From a marine group bacterium Sva0996 bin134 (GTDB lineage Bacteria; Actinomycetota; Acidimicrobiia; Acidimicrobiales; Bin134): a DNA stretch of 64,000 bases. Location of the stretch: NCBI GenBank assembly GCA_002239105.1, contig MPNQ01000005.1:71939-135938 (forward strand), given 5' to 3'. This document shows positions 36,102-46,077 of this stretch, piece by piece. The position numbers and the translations under genes are program-made. The notes below the pieces were generated by a model. That model was given only the letters and a program-made list of their open reading frames with translations, did no database searches and was not told the DNA's origin. Each line of letters starts with the position of its first letter. The first letter of the stretch is position 1.

Positions 36102-36179
36102 CCTCCCACGCAGACCGGGCCATTTAGTTTGGCCGACTGGAATTGTCATCGGCGTCGATACCTTGGTGGGGTGACCGTG

Positions 36180-37637
36180 ATGGAGGGGCTCTTGGATGGG
36201 CTGAACGAGCGCCAGCAGGCTGCGGTGGAGGCACCGGGGACGCCGCTGTGTATTCGAGCGGGGGCGGGCACCGGCAAGACCAGGGTGCTCACCCGGCGGA
36301 TCGCCCACCAGGCCGCCGTAGGTGCCATCGACCCCCAGCGCACGCTGGCCCTGACGTTCACCCGCAAGGCGGCGGACGAGTTGCGAGGCCGTTTGGCCGG
36401 GCTGGGGCTGCGGGGCTCGGTGAGCGCGGGCACCTTCCACAGCGCGGCATTTGCCCAGCTGCGCACCCGATGGTCTGAGCGAGGCGTTCGCCCCCCCGAG
36501 CTGGCTAAGGACAAGCGGGGGCTGGTAGCCAGGGTGGCCAAGCAGGCTGGGATACAGCTGGCCAAGGCAGAAATGCTGGATGCGATCACCGAGATCGAGT
36601 GGGCCAAAGCCCGCCGCATTCCCCCCGACCGCTATGTCGAAGAGACCACCAGCCTCAGGCGTTGGCCGGCACTGGAACCGTCACTGGTTGCCGGTCTGTA
36701 CCAGAGCTACGAAAAAGAGAAGACCAAGCGCCGGGTGGTGGACTTCGACGATCTGCTGATCTTGGCCTTGCGGGACCTCAATGACGACGCTGACTACGCC
36801 GAGGCCCGCCGCTGGCGGTTCCAGCACCTGTTCGTGGACGAGTTTCAGGATGTGAACCGGCTTCAGTTCGACTTGCTGCGGGCCTGGCTGGGAGACCGCC
36901 ACGACTTGTGCGCGGTGGGTGACCCCAACCAGGCCATCTACAGCTGGAACGGCGCCGATTCTGACTACATCGAGCGGTTCGGCGACTGGTTTCCGGGTGC
37001 CGCGGTGCTCGATCTTTTAGACAACTACCGCTCCACTCCTCAGATACTGGCCGCGGGCCGCGCTGTTCTCCCTGCGGGGGCGGCCTCGCTGGCTTCCCAC
37101 CAGCTCGACGGCCCCCAACCCACCGTGACGACCCACGCCCACGACACCGATGAGGCCGCGGCCATCGCCCGGGCTTTGCGCGACGCCAAGGGCCCGGAGA
37201 CGGCCTGGTCGTCGATGGCGGTGCTGGCCCGGACCAATGCCCAGACCGCCAAGCTGGCCGCCGCTCTACGCAATGGAGAGATCCCCTATCGAGTGCGCAT
37301 CGATGCCAATCGAACCGAAGGCGACACCGGAACTGGCCCTTCCAAGAGCGCCGACGCGGTGGACGTGGCCACCTTCCACGCGGCCAAGGGGCTGGAGTGG
37401 CCCATCGTCCACTTGGCCGGCCTGGAGCAGGGCCTGGTGCCCATAAGCCGAGCCCAGACTTCGGCTGAAGTCGCCGAAGAGCAGCGGCTGCTCTATGTGG
37501 CCATCACCCGAGCCGAATGCGAACTGCACTGCCACTGGGCCGCCGAACGGGCCTTCGGCGAGCGGACGGTTTCCCGCTCGCCCTCCCCCTATCTCAACGC
37601 CATCCTCACTGCCGCCGCTAGAGGTCGAACGGGATGA
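36180..37637 (+). CDS. compact UvrD/Rep-family helicase (485 aa)
   Basis: Motifs GAGTGKT, TFTRKAA, DEFQD, VGDPNQAIYSWNGA, NYRS, FHAAKGLEW, LLYVAITRA. Start at ATG 36180. The first 304 codons of the 789-aa track ORF are antisense to other genes. Confidence 0.85.
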   Translation: MEGLLDGLNERQQAAVEAPGTPLCIRAGAGTGKTRVLTRRIAHQAAVGAIDPQRTLALTFTRKAADELRGRLAGLGLRGSVSAGTFHSAAFAQLRTRWSERGVRPPELAKDKRGLVARVAKQAGIQLAKAEMLDAITEIEWAKARRIPPDRYVEETTSLRRWPALEPSLVAGLYQSYEKEKTKRRVVDFDDLLILALRDLNDDADYAEARRWRFQHLFVDEFQDVNRLQFDLLRAWLGDRHDLCAVGDPNQAIYSWNGADSDYIERFGDWFPGAAVLDLLDNYRSTPQILAAGRAVLPAGAASLASHQLDGPQPTVTTHAHDTDEAAAIARALRDAKGPETAWSSMAVLARTNAQTAKLAAALRNGEIPYRVRIDANRTEGDTGTGPSKSADAVDVATFHAAKGLEWPIVHLAGLEQGLVPISRAQTSAEVAEEQRLLYVAITRAECELHCHWAAERAFGERTVSRSPSPYLNAILTAAARGRTG

Positions 37638-39792
37638 GCACCACTACGACGGTCGCATCGCAGTCCCTTAGCACCTGCTCCACGCGGTGGCCCAAGAACG
37701 GGCGATCTCCAACCCGGCGAAGGTTCGCGCCCATGACCACCAGATCAGCCTCGATGTTTCGGGCCAGATTCAATATCTCCTCTGCCGGCGAGGTGCCGTC
37801 CATAACTGTCGTCCGGGTTGTTGCCCCCAGTTCGATGGCAAGCTCCTCTGCTTGGGCTACCACCTGCACGCCGACGATGGAGCCGCTGCGGGCGATCATC
37901 CGGCGGCTGAACAGCGACGGCAGCCCTGGGGGTTCGCTCCTCACGGTGTTGACGTGGGTGAGGTGCAGTTCGGTGCCGAGTTGGGCGCTGAGGTTGAAGG
38001 CCACTTCCTGGGCGGCCCGCGACACCGGGCTGCCGGTTACCGGCACCACCGCCCGGCTAAACGCCCCCGGCAAAGGCCGGTCCAGGTTTCTCGCCCGGCG
38101 CACCACCACCACCGGAATGGGGCTCTCCGACAAGACCCCGTCTACCAGAGGCGAGATCACCTGCATAGTGTCGGCGTAGTCCTGAGCACCCAGCCCGATG
38201 ACGCCGAACCCCAGACGACTCTCGTCGATTATGGCCCGCACCGGATCTTCCTTGCGCACCCTCCGGTGCTCCAAGGCCCGGTCGTGCAGCACGTTGCGCA
38301 GGGGCGTGATATCTATTTCGGCGTCTCGGTCGCCCACCGTGAGCACGGTGGCCCCGGCTTCGATCGGCCAGGCGAAGTGCAGAACCTGGGCCGCGGCAAT
38401 CGACTCGGGGCCCCCGCGGCTAGGCAGCAGCAGCCGTGACGTCCGCACCACCAGATTGCGGCTCAGCGCTTGCTCCCGCCCCAGGCGCTCCTGCTCGTCG
38501 GGGGTCCCCTGCCAGTTGTTCACCACTCCCCGCAGGGTGGCCGAGGCGAACAGCGAGGTGAGCACTGGCACCAGCACGATCACCGAGAAGGCGGTGGGGC
38601 TGAACACCCCGACGCTCAGACCCACCGTGGCGATGACGATCTCCAGCGTCCCCCGGGCGTTGAGTCCGGCCCCCAGTGCCAATCCCGCCCGGTGGGTGCG
38701 GCCGGCCAGGCGGGCGCCGCCGTAGGCCCCGGCAAACTTGAAGACGATGGCCACCGCGAGCACGATCAAGGCCCACCAAAGGGCCTCGGCGTTGTTCAAC
38801 AAGCGGAGATCCACCTGCAATCCGGCGGTCGCGAAGAACACCGGCGCAAACAGGGCGTTGGTCAGACCCTCCAAGTGGTGAATGACGTCATCGTGCTGGA
38901 ACCGGGATCGGTGCAGCACCACCCCGGCCACGAAGGCCCCCAATACCGCTTCGACCTTCAGCCACTCAGTGGCCACTCCGAACACCAGCATGGTCACTAT
39001 GGCCACGCCCAGCGCAGCTGCCAGGCTTCCCCCGGTGCGCCGCACCTGCCGCAACAGCAGGTCAACCAGACGCTGCCCCACGGTCAGGGCCAACACCCCG
39101 AAGGCCGCGATCCCCCCCAGCGTGGCCAACACCTGGCCAGCCGAAACTCCACCCGAGGTTGCCAGGCCGGTGAACACGCCCAACAAGATCCAGCCGATCA
39201 CATCGTTGGCCATGCCCGCGGCCACGGTGATCTGGCCGAAGTCCCGGCGCATCAGCCCCAGTTCGCTGAGGATCTTGGCCACCACGGCCAGAGACGACAC
39301 CGCGAGCGCCAGGGCCACGAACAGCGTGAACGTGAGCCGCTCCGCATCCTCGCCCAAGAACAGAGAGGGCAACAACAACCCGACCACAATGCCGCCGATC
39401 AGCGGCACCACCAGGCTGCCCGCAGTTACCAGCAACGCCGACCGTCCCAGCTTGGTGATGAGGCCCAAATCGGTCTCGAACCCGGTTACCACCAACAGCA
39501 GAGCAACCCCCACCCAGCTGACCGCGGCCAGCAAGGTCCATTGCGCGCCCTGGCCGATCTCCGGCAAGAACCACTCGAAGCCCGACTTCCACACCACTCC
39601 GAACACCGACGGCCCCAGCACCAGACCGGCCAGCAGCGCCCCCACCACCGAGGGCATTCCCACTCTCCTCATCGCCAGGCCGAAGAGATGGGAGACGGCC
39701 ACCAGCACAAGGATGTTCACCCAAAAGATCAGCAAATCATGGCCGTGGCCTGCCGGATCTGTCGCGGCCACCGTCGACCACAGCCCTATCAC
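37618..39792 (-). CDS. CPA2-type cation:proton antiporter fused to two C-terminal universal stress protein (USP) domains
   Basis: About 400 aa of polytopic Na+/H+-exchanger-like N-terminus, followed by two USP-like modules (the second ends ...DLVVMGANLRRVGDRPFLGHRVEQVLRDCDATVVVV). Confidence 0.85.
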   Translation of the reverse strand: MIGLWSTVAATDPAGHGHDLLIFWVNILVLVAVSHLFGLAMRRVGMPSVVGALLAGLVLGPSVFGVVWKSGFEWFLPEIGQGAQWTLLAAVSWVGVALLLVVTGFETDLGLITKLGRSALLVTAGSLVVPLIGGIVVGLLLPSLFLGEDAERLTFTLFVALALAVSSLAVVAKILSELGLMRRDFGQITVAAGMANDVIGWILLGVFTGLATSGGVSAGQVLATLGGIAAFGVLALTVGQRLVDLLLRQVRRTGGSLAAALGVAIVTMLVFGVATEWLKVEAVLGAFVAGVVLHRSRFQHDDVIHHLEGLTNALFAPVFFATAGLQVDLRLLNNAEALWWALIVLAVAIVFKFAGAYGGARLAGRTHRAGLALGAGLNARGTLEIVIATVGLSVGVFSPTAFSVIVLVPVLTSLFASATLRGVVNNWQGTPDEQERLGREQALSRNLVVRTSRLLLPSRGGPESIAAAQVLHFAWPIEAGATVLTVGDRDAEIDITPLRNVLHDRALEHRRVRKEDPVRAIIDESRLGFGVIGLGAQDYADTMQVISPLVDGVLSESPIPVVVVRRARNLDRPLPGAFSRAVVPVTGSPVSRAAQEVAFNLSAQLGTELHLTHVNTVRSEPPGLPSLFSRRMIARSGSIVGVQVVAQAEELAIELGATTRTTVMDGTSPAEEILNLARNIEADLVVMGANLRRVGDRPFLGHRVEQVLRDCDATVVVVLIPFDL

Positions 39793-39832
39793 GCCTCACA
39801 CCCCCAACCCGCCGACCTCATTCTCATTCGCC

Positions 39833-40627
39833 TCAACCGCCGCGGCCAGCTTCATCCCAGTCGAAGTCCACTACCACCGGGGCGTGGTCCGACGGCTTCT
39901 CCCCTTTGCGGGCGTTGCGGTCCATGAGCGCCGTGGTCACCCTTTGGGCCAGAGGCTCGGTGGCCATCACCATGTCGATGCGCATCCCTTGGCGCTTGTG
40001 AAACCGTCCCGCCTGGTAGTCCCAAAAGGTGTAGAGGCCGTCGTCGGGCCACCGTTGGCGGAACACGTCCACCAGGCCCCAATCCGCCACCGCGGCAAAG
40101 GCGTCGCGCTCGGGGCCGCTCACGTGGGTGAGCCCCTCGAAGGCGGCGATGTCCCACACGTCATTGTCGGACGGGGCCACGTTGAAATCCCCGGCCACCA
40201 CCACCGGCGCCCCGGCATCGGCGTTGGCCTCCAGGTGAGACCGGAGCCGGCCCAGCCAATCGAGTTTGTAGTGGTAGTGGTCGTGGCCCAGTTCCCGTCC
40301 GTTGGGAATGTAGGCGCTGGCCACCCGCATTCCAGCGCAGGTGGCCCACAAGATGCGGGCATCGGGGTCAGCGTCGCGGCCGTCGGAGAACCCATTGGCG
40401 GGTTCGGCCAGCCCCACCCGGCTCAAGATGGCCACGCCGTTCCAGCGCCCTTGGCCGTGGTGGGCCCACTCGTAACCCATCGCTTCGAAGGCCAGGCCGG
40501 GAAAGGCGTCGTCGGCCATCTTGGTCTCCTGCATGCACAAGACGTCGGGGTCGGCCAGCTCCAACCACTCCTGCACTCGGGGCATGCGGGCGTTCAGCGA
40601 ATTAACATTCCAAGTGGCCAACCGCAC
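39833..40627 (-). CDS. xthA: exodeoxyribonuclease III
   Basis: MRLATWNVNSLNARMPRV, with the EEP-family motifs throughout. Confidence 0.92.
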   Translation of the reverse strand: MRLATWNVNSLNARMPRVQEWLELADPDVLCMQETKMADDAFPGLAFEAMGYEWAHHGQGRWNGVAILSRVGLAEPANGFSDGRDADPDARILWATCAGMRVASAYIPNGRELGHDHYHYKLDWLGRLRSHLEANADAGAPVVVAGDFNVAPSDNDVWDIAAFEGLTHVSGPERDAFAAVADWGLVDVFRQRWPDDGLYTFWDYQAGRFHKRQGMRIDMVMATEPLAQRVTTALMDRNARKGEKPSDHAPVVVDFDWDEAGRGG

Positions 40628-40668
40628 CCGCAGAACCTTAGTGGTCCCAAAGTCCGTAGACTCTCACC

Positions 40669-43600
40669 ATGGCCCCGGATCCTGAGTCGATGCTCGGCCA
40701 GAACGCGTGGTTGGTCGACGAGATGCACCGCCAGTACTTGGATGACCCCAAGTCGGTGAGTGAGAGCTGGCAGGACTTCTTTTCCGACTACCGCCCCGAC
40801 CGAGTCCTTCCCGAGTCGGGCGCCCCAGTGGCCCAGCTCCAGGCGGTGCCGGATCCAACCGAGGTTGCTGAGCCCTTGCCGGGAGATCCCCTGCGGGGAG
40901 CGGCCGCCCGCATCGCCCGCAACATGGAGGCCAGCCTGGCTGTGCCCACCGCTACCAGCTTCCGGGAAGTGCCGGCCAAACTGCTCGACGTAAACCGCCA
41001 GATCATGAACGGATACCTGGGGCGCACCGACGGTCGAAGAGTTTCATACACCCACCTGATCGCCTACGCAGTGGTGCAGGCCATGGCCCATCACATACCG
41101 GCGATGAACTCCACCTTCGTCGACACCGACGATGGACCCCGAGTGGTGCGCCATCCCCACATCGGACTGGGCATCGCGGTGGACATGGAGAAGGCCGACG
41201 GATCCCGCACCCTTCTCGTGCCGTGCTTGCCCGAGGCCGACACGCTGGAGTTCCCCGATTTCGTCGAGCTCTACGACACCATGATCCGCAAGGTGCGGAG
41301 CAACGACCTAAGCCCCGACGACTTCGCGGGCGTCACCGTCAGCATCACCAACCCCGGCACCTTGGGCACGGTGCAGTCAGTGCCCCGGCTCATGCCCGGC
41401 CAAGGGGTCATCGTGGGCTTGGGCACCATCGACTACCCCACCGCATACCAGGCCGCCGACTCGCGCACACTGGCCGACTTGGGGGTGTCGAAAGTGATCA
41501 CCTTGTCGTCCACCTACGACCACCGCATCATCCAAGGCGCCGAGTCGGGGATGTTCCTGGGCGCGGTCCACGAATTGCTCTTGGGCAAGCACCAGTTCTA
41601 CGAGGACATATTCCGGGCGGTGGGCGTGCCCTATGAGGCAGTGCTCTGGCGCCCCGACATCTTGCCTCTCGATCGGGAACAGGCGGTGATCACCAAGCAG
41701 GTGCAGGTGAACGCGCTCATCAACATGCACCGAGTGCGGGGCCACCTCATCGCCGACCTCGACCCGCTGTCGGCCAACGAGCCCGAGATGCATGCCGAGC
41801 TCGACCCGGCCACCTACGGCCTCACCATCTGGGATCTCGACCGGGAGTTCCTCACCACCGGGCTTGGCGGCATCGACTTGGGCCAGCCCGACGGCAAGAT
41901 GCCGCTGGGCGAGATCTTGCATGTGCTCCGCAACGCCTACTGCCGCACCGTGGGTGTGGAGTACATGCACATCCAGGAACCCGATGAGAAGCACTGGATC
42001 CAGGAGCAGGTGGAGGGGATGGGTTTCCCCTTGGGGCTCGACGAGAAACTGCACATCTTGGATCGGCTGAACGCGGCCGAAGCGCTGGAGCGGTTCTTGG
42101 ACACCAAGTACGTGGGCCAGAAGCGGTTCGGGATCGAGGGGGCTGAGAGCGCCATTGTGGTGCTGGACGCGGTGTTGGGCAAGGCCGCCGACCTGGGCAT
42201 GGCCTCAGCGATAATGGGCATGGCCCACCGGGGACGGCTCAACGTCTTGGTGAACATCGTGGGCAAGGACTACGGGCAGTTGTTCGGCGAGTTCGAGGGG
42301 AACCTGGACGAGTCGTCCACCCAGGGGTCGGGCGACGTGAAGTACCACCTGGGCATGACCTCGGAGTTCGAGAGCATGGCCGGAAATCTCATCCCGGTTG
42401 AGTTGGCCGCCAACCCGTCGCACCTGGAGGCGGTAAACCCGGTTGTGGAGGGCATGGTCCGGGCCCGCTTAGACCACATCAGCCACGCCCAGAGCGAGCA
42501 CAGTCCGGTCAGCGGGCTGGTGCGGGGACAGGCCGCCAGCGAGGACGACCGCTACCCAGTGCTGCCCCTGCTGGTCCACGGCGATGCCGCATTCGCCGGT
42601 CAGGGAGTGGTGAGCGAGACGCTGAACCTGTCGCTGATCCAGGGCTACCTCACCGGGGGCACAGTGCATCTGGTGGTCAACAATCAAGTGGGATTTACCA
42701 CCACTGCGGAGTCGGCTCGCTCCAGCTACTACTGCACCGACGTGGCCAAGATGATCCAAGCCCCTATTTTCCACGTCAACGGTGACGACCCTGAGGCCTG
42801 TGCCCGAGTCGCCCACCTGGCGCTGGCCTACCGCAATCACTTCCACAAGGACGTGGTGATCGACATGTGGTGCTACCGCCGCCAGGGGCACAACGAGGCC
42901 GACGACCCCAGCTATACGCAACCGGAGATGTACCGACGAATCGAGGGCCACCGCTCGGTGCGCAAGCGGTATTTGGAGTCGCTGGTGAAACGGGGGGACA
43001 TCACCCTGGAAGGGGCTGAGCAGGCCATGGACGAATTCCGGGCCAAGCTCCAGAAGGCTCTGGAGACAACCCGGGAGCAGGCGGCAGACGAAGGGCTGGG
43101 CGAGACAGTTGGAATCGAAGCGGCGGGCAAGAGGGAACTCCAACTGTCGATTTCGGGGGGACTGGCTGACCCCACGCCTCACATCGCCGCTCCAGTGGAC
43201 ACCGGCGTGTCGGACAAGCAGATCAAGCGGGTGTTCGACGCGCTGACATCGACTCCCGACGGGTTCGTGCTTCACCCCAAGCTGGCCCGCCAATTCCAAG
43301 CTCGCGACACCATGATGGCTGAGGGCGTGGTGGACTGGGGACTGGCCGAGGCACTGGCCTTCGGAACCTTGCTTGACGAGGGGACGTCCATTCGCCTGGC
43401 TGGCCAGGACTCCCGACGGGGAACGTTCTCCCACCGCCACAGCACCCTGGTGTGCAACGAGTCGGCCCGAGAACACTGCCCATTGGCCGGGCTGGCCCGC
43501 AGTGGGGCCAGGCTTTGGGTGTACGACTCGCTGCTTTCGGAGTATGCGGCCCTGGGCTTCGAGTACGGCTACTCGGTGGGCGAAACCGACGCGCTTGTCC

Positions 43601-44370
43601 TTTGGGAGGCCCAGTTCGGAGACTTTGTCAACGGCGCCCAGATCATTATCGATCAGTTCGTCGTTTCGGCCGAGGACAAGTGGAACCAGCACTCGGGGCT
43701 GGTCATGCTGCTCCCCCACGGCTTCGAGGGCCAGGGTCCGGAGCACTCCTCGGGGCGGATCGAGCGATTCTTGCAGTCGGTGGCGGAGAACAACATCCGG
43801 GTGGCCAACCTGTCGACCGCGGCCCAGTACTTCCACCTGCTCCGAGACCAGGCCAAGCGCTCCCCCCGCAGACCTCTAGTGCTGCTCACGCCAAAATCGC
43901 TGCTTCGCCACCGTGACGCGAGATCACCGGTGGCCGACCTGACCAGCGGTTGGTTCTCACCGGTTCTGCGCGACACGAATGGCCCTGAGGCAGGACAGGC
44001 CACCGGGGTTGTGCTGGCCAGCGGCAAGATCTGCCATGAGGCCATTGCCCACCGAGACCGGGAAGGCGCCCCCGCCGCCGTGCTGCGGATCGAGCAGCTC
44101 TATCCCTGGCCGGCCAGCATTCTGGCCGAGGCCCTATCCCACTACCCCAAGGTCAAAAAGATCGTCTGGCTTCAGGAAGAACCCCAGAACATGGGGCCGT
44201 GGAATTACGTGAAGGGGCACCTGCACGACGCCTTTGGCGACCGCTGCGAGATTCTCAGAGCAAGCCGCAGCGAGTCGTCCAGCCCAGCCACCGGCAGCGC
44301 TGCCGTGCACAACCAAGAGCAGTCCGAGCTCATCGCCCGAACCTTCGCGTTGGTGGACTCGAATAGCTGA
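40669..44370 (+). CDS. kgd: multifunctional 2-oxoglutarate dehydrogenase E1 / decarboxylase with fused E2-like acyltransferase domain (Kgd/OdhA type)
   Basis: 1233 aa. N-terminal NAWLVDEMHRQYLDDP, an E2-like catalytic segment (DHRIIQGAESG), then the E1o ThDP domain. Confidence 0.93.
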   Translation: MAPDPESMLGQNAWLVDEMHRQYLDDPKSVSESWQDFFSDYRPDRVLPESGAPVAQLQAVPDPTEVAEPLPGDPLRGAAARIARNMEASLAVPTATSFREVPAKLLDVNRQIMNGYLGRTDGRRVSYTHLIAYAVVQAMAHHIPAMNSTFVDTDDGPRVVRHPHIGLGIAVDMEKADGSRTLLVPCLPEADTLEFPDFVELYDTMIRKVRSNDLSPDDFAGVTVSITNPGTLGTVQSVPRLMPGQGVIVGLGTIDYPTAYQAADSRTLADLGVSKVITLSSTYDHRIIQGAESGMFLGAVHELLLGKHQFYEDIFRAVGVPYEAVLWRPDILPLDREQAVITKQVQVNALINMHRVRGHLIADLDPLSANEPEMHAELDPATYGLTIWDLDREFLTTGLGGIDLGQPDGKMPLGEILHVLRNAYCRTVGVEYMHIQEPDEKHWIQEQVEGMGFPLGLDEKLHILDRLNAAEALERFLDTKYVGQKRFGIEGAESAIVVLDAVLGKAADLGMASAIMGMAHRGRLNVLVNIVGKDYGQLFGEFEGNLDESSTQGSGDVKYHLGMTSEFESMAGNLIPVELAANPSHLEAVNPVVEGMVRARLDHISHAQSEHSPVSGLVRGQAASEDDRYPVLPLLVHGDAAFAGQGVVSETLNLSLIQGYLTGGTVHLVVNNQVGFTTTAESARSSYYCTDVAKMIQAPIFHVNGDDPEACARVAHLALAYRNHFHKDVVIDMWCYRRQGHNEADDPSYTQPEMYRRIEGHRSVRKRYLESLVKRGDITLEGAEQAMDEFRAKLQKALETTREQAADEGLGETVGIEAAGKRELQLSISGGLADPTPHIAAPVDTGVSDKQIKRVFDALTSTPDGFVLHPKLARQFQARDTMMAEGVVDWGLAEALAFGTLLDEGTSIRLAGQDSRRGTFSHRHSTLVCNESAREHCPLAGLARSGARLWVYDSLLSEYAALGFEYGYSVGETDALVLWEAQFGDFVNGAQIIIDQFVVSAEDKWNQHSGLVMLLPHGFEGQGPEHSSGRIERFLQSVAENNIRVANLSTAAQYFHLLRDQAKRSPRRPLVLLTPKSLLRHRDARSPVADLTSGWFSPVLRDTNGPEAGQATGVVLASGKICHEAIAHRDREGAPAAVLRIEQLYPWPASILAEALSHYPKVKKIVWLQEEPQNMGPWNYVKGHLHDAFGDRCEILRASRSESSSPATGSAAVHNQEQSELIARTFALVDSNS

Positions 44371-44381
44371 CCTCGGCCAGG

Positions 44382-45590
44382 TCAGTCAATGTCAAGATTG
44401 AGAAGGCGGGCGGCGTTGCCCCTCACCAGCTTGTGGACCACGTCGGGTGGTAGATGGCCCATCATGTCCTCGGCCACTTTCTTGGTGTGGGGCCATGTTG
44501 TGTCGGTGTGGGGGTAGTCGGTCTCGAAAGTGACGTTGTCTACCCCTACCTCGTCCAGCGACTTCAAGCCGTGGTTGTCGCGGAAAAAGCAGCCGAAGAT
44601 CTGCCGGTAGTAGTAGGTGGACGGTGGCTCGGGGATTGTGTCCCTCACCCCGCCCCACGCCCGGTGCTCAGACCAGACGTCGTCGCAGCGCTCCAAGATG
44701 TAGGGAATCCACCCGATCTGCCCCTCGGAGTAGGCCAGCTTTAACTGCGGAAACTTCACCAGTACCCCGGAGAACAAGAAGTCGCTCATCGACGCGATGG
44801 CGTTGTTGAAACTGAGCGAGGCCGCCACCGCCGGCGGGGCGTCGGGGGAGGCGGCGGGCATCACCGAGGAAGAGCCGATGTGCATGCACACCGCGGTGTT
44901 GGTGTCTTGGCAGGCAGCGAAGAACGGGTCCCAGTTGCCGGTATGGATGCTGGGCAGGCCCAGGTTGGGGGCGATCTCGCTGAAGCACACCGCATGGCAG
45001 CCGCGGGCCGCGTTGCGCTCCACCTCAGCTTTGGCCAGCTCCACATCCCACAGCGGGATGATGGCCAATGGGATCAGCGCTCCGTCGGAATCGCCGCACC
45101 ACTCCTCGATCATGAAGTCGTTGTAGGCCTGCACACAGGCCAAGGCCAGGTCTTTGTCGTCGGCCTCCAAGAAGGTCTGGCCGCAGAACCGGGGGAACGT
45201 TGGGAACGACAACGACGCCTCCACATGGTTCATCTCCATGTCCTCCACCCGGGCCTTGGGTTCGTAGCACCCCGGTCGCATCTCGTCGAAGGTGATGGGC
45301 ACGGCCTCCATGTCGTCGCGGTCGAAGCCCACCGCGGCCACATGGCGCTTGTTGGGATAAACCAGGTCTTCGTAGAACCAGACGTCGCCCCACGGCCCGT
45401 CTTCTACATCCAGCTCGTAGGTGTACATCTTGGCCCCGCCGATGTAGGTGATCGGCCCCACCCGGCGGCGTTCGACCCGCGGCCCTCGCTCCTTGAACCG
45501 CTCCGGCAGCCAGCTCTGCCACAGGTGCGCGGGCTCCACCAAATGGTCGTCCACGCTGATGATCTTGGGAATCTCGGTGCGCACGGCCAT
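44382..45590 (-). CDS. amidohydrolase-2 (ACMSD-like) family metal-dependent hydrolase
   Basis: N-terminal ISVDDHLVEP and C-terminal TDYPHTD patterns typical of the family. Confidence 0.75.
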   Translation of the reverse strand: MAVRTEIPKIISVDDHLVEPAHLWQSWLPERFKERGPRVERRRVGPITYIGGAKMYTYELDVEDGPWGDVWFYEDLVYPNKRHVAAVGFDRDDMEAVPITFDEMRPGCYEPKARVEDMEMNHVEASLSFPTFPRFCGQTFLEADDKDLALACVQAYNDFMIEEWCGDSDGALIPLAIIPLWDVELAKAEVERNAARGCHAVCFSEIAPNLGLPSIHTGNWDPFFAACQDTNTAVCMHIGSSSVMPAASPDAPPAVAASLSFNNAIASMSDFLFSGVLVKFPQLKLAYSEGQIGWIPYILERCDDVWSEHRAWGGVRDTIPEPPSTYYYRQIFGCFFRDNHGLKSLDEVGVDNVTFETDYPHTDTTWPHTKKVAEDMMGHLPPDVVHKLVRGNAARLLNLDID

Positions 45591-45609
45591 GAGCCTACCG
45601 GCCGACTGT

Positions 45610-46077
45610 TCAATCTGCGGAAGCCAGAGCGGCCGCCACTTCGGGAGGCAGCGACGTTTCGCTGGGGGGAAGATGGTGTTCCGCCGCCCACACCACCGTC
45701 ATTTCGGCGCTATTGGCCTTGCGCAGCATCGTTGCTCCCAGTCGGGGGTGGTCCACATAGCTCGCCCAACGGCCCCGAAGGCGGCTGGGAAATACCGCGG
45801 TCACCACGGTGGCCCCCACCCGGGCGGCAGTTCCCAGCCCAGCCTGGATCTTGCCCACATCGTGGAGGGCGGCGGCCACCCGCTGGGCGTCGTCGGCCAG
45901 CGCGGGGCATTGAGCCGAGCGCAACGCGTGGTTGCGGTCGGCCGCGCTCATCTGGCGATAGAGCTGCGCCTCGGCATCGTTGAGCAAGCCGAGCAGCCAA
46001 GTCTCGTCTGCGGAATTGGGACGTCGATCGACCAGCGACTGGAAGAAGCGCCGAACCAGGTGGGCGGCGGTGCTCAC
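45610..46077 (-). CDS. HD-domain protein
   Basis: ALHDVGK motif. GTGA overlap with the xerD stop. Confidence 0.7.
   Translation of the reverse strand: MSTAAHLVRRFFQSLVDRRPNSADETWLLGLLNDAEAQLYRQMSAADRNHALRSAQCPALADDAQRVAAALHDVGKIQAGLGTAARVGATVVTAVFPSRLRGRWASYVDHPRLGATMLRKANSAEMTVVWAAEHHLPPSETSLPPEVAAALASAD

Noticed and set aside
35268-36179. N-terminal 304 codons of the 789-aa track ORF that ends as the UvrD-like helicase
   Set aside because: This part is antisense to the CoA-transferase and metallopeptidase genes and is low-complexity. The helicase Walker A lies about 30 residues after ATG 36180, which is the normal distance.
38470-40759. Two overlapping plus-strand ORFs (485 and 625 aa) across the antiporter and xthA
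   Set aside because: They are antisense to motif-supported genes. They are extremely His/Gln/Pro/Arg-rich or Thr/Ser/Pro-rich, and they cross a real intergenic region without any RBS logic.
42469-43836. 455-aa minus-strand ORF inside kgd
   Set aside because: Antisense to the ThDP domain of a clearly intact 1233-aa Kgd. The composition is typical of shadow ORFs.
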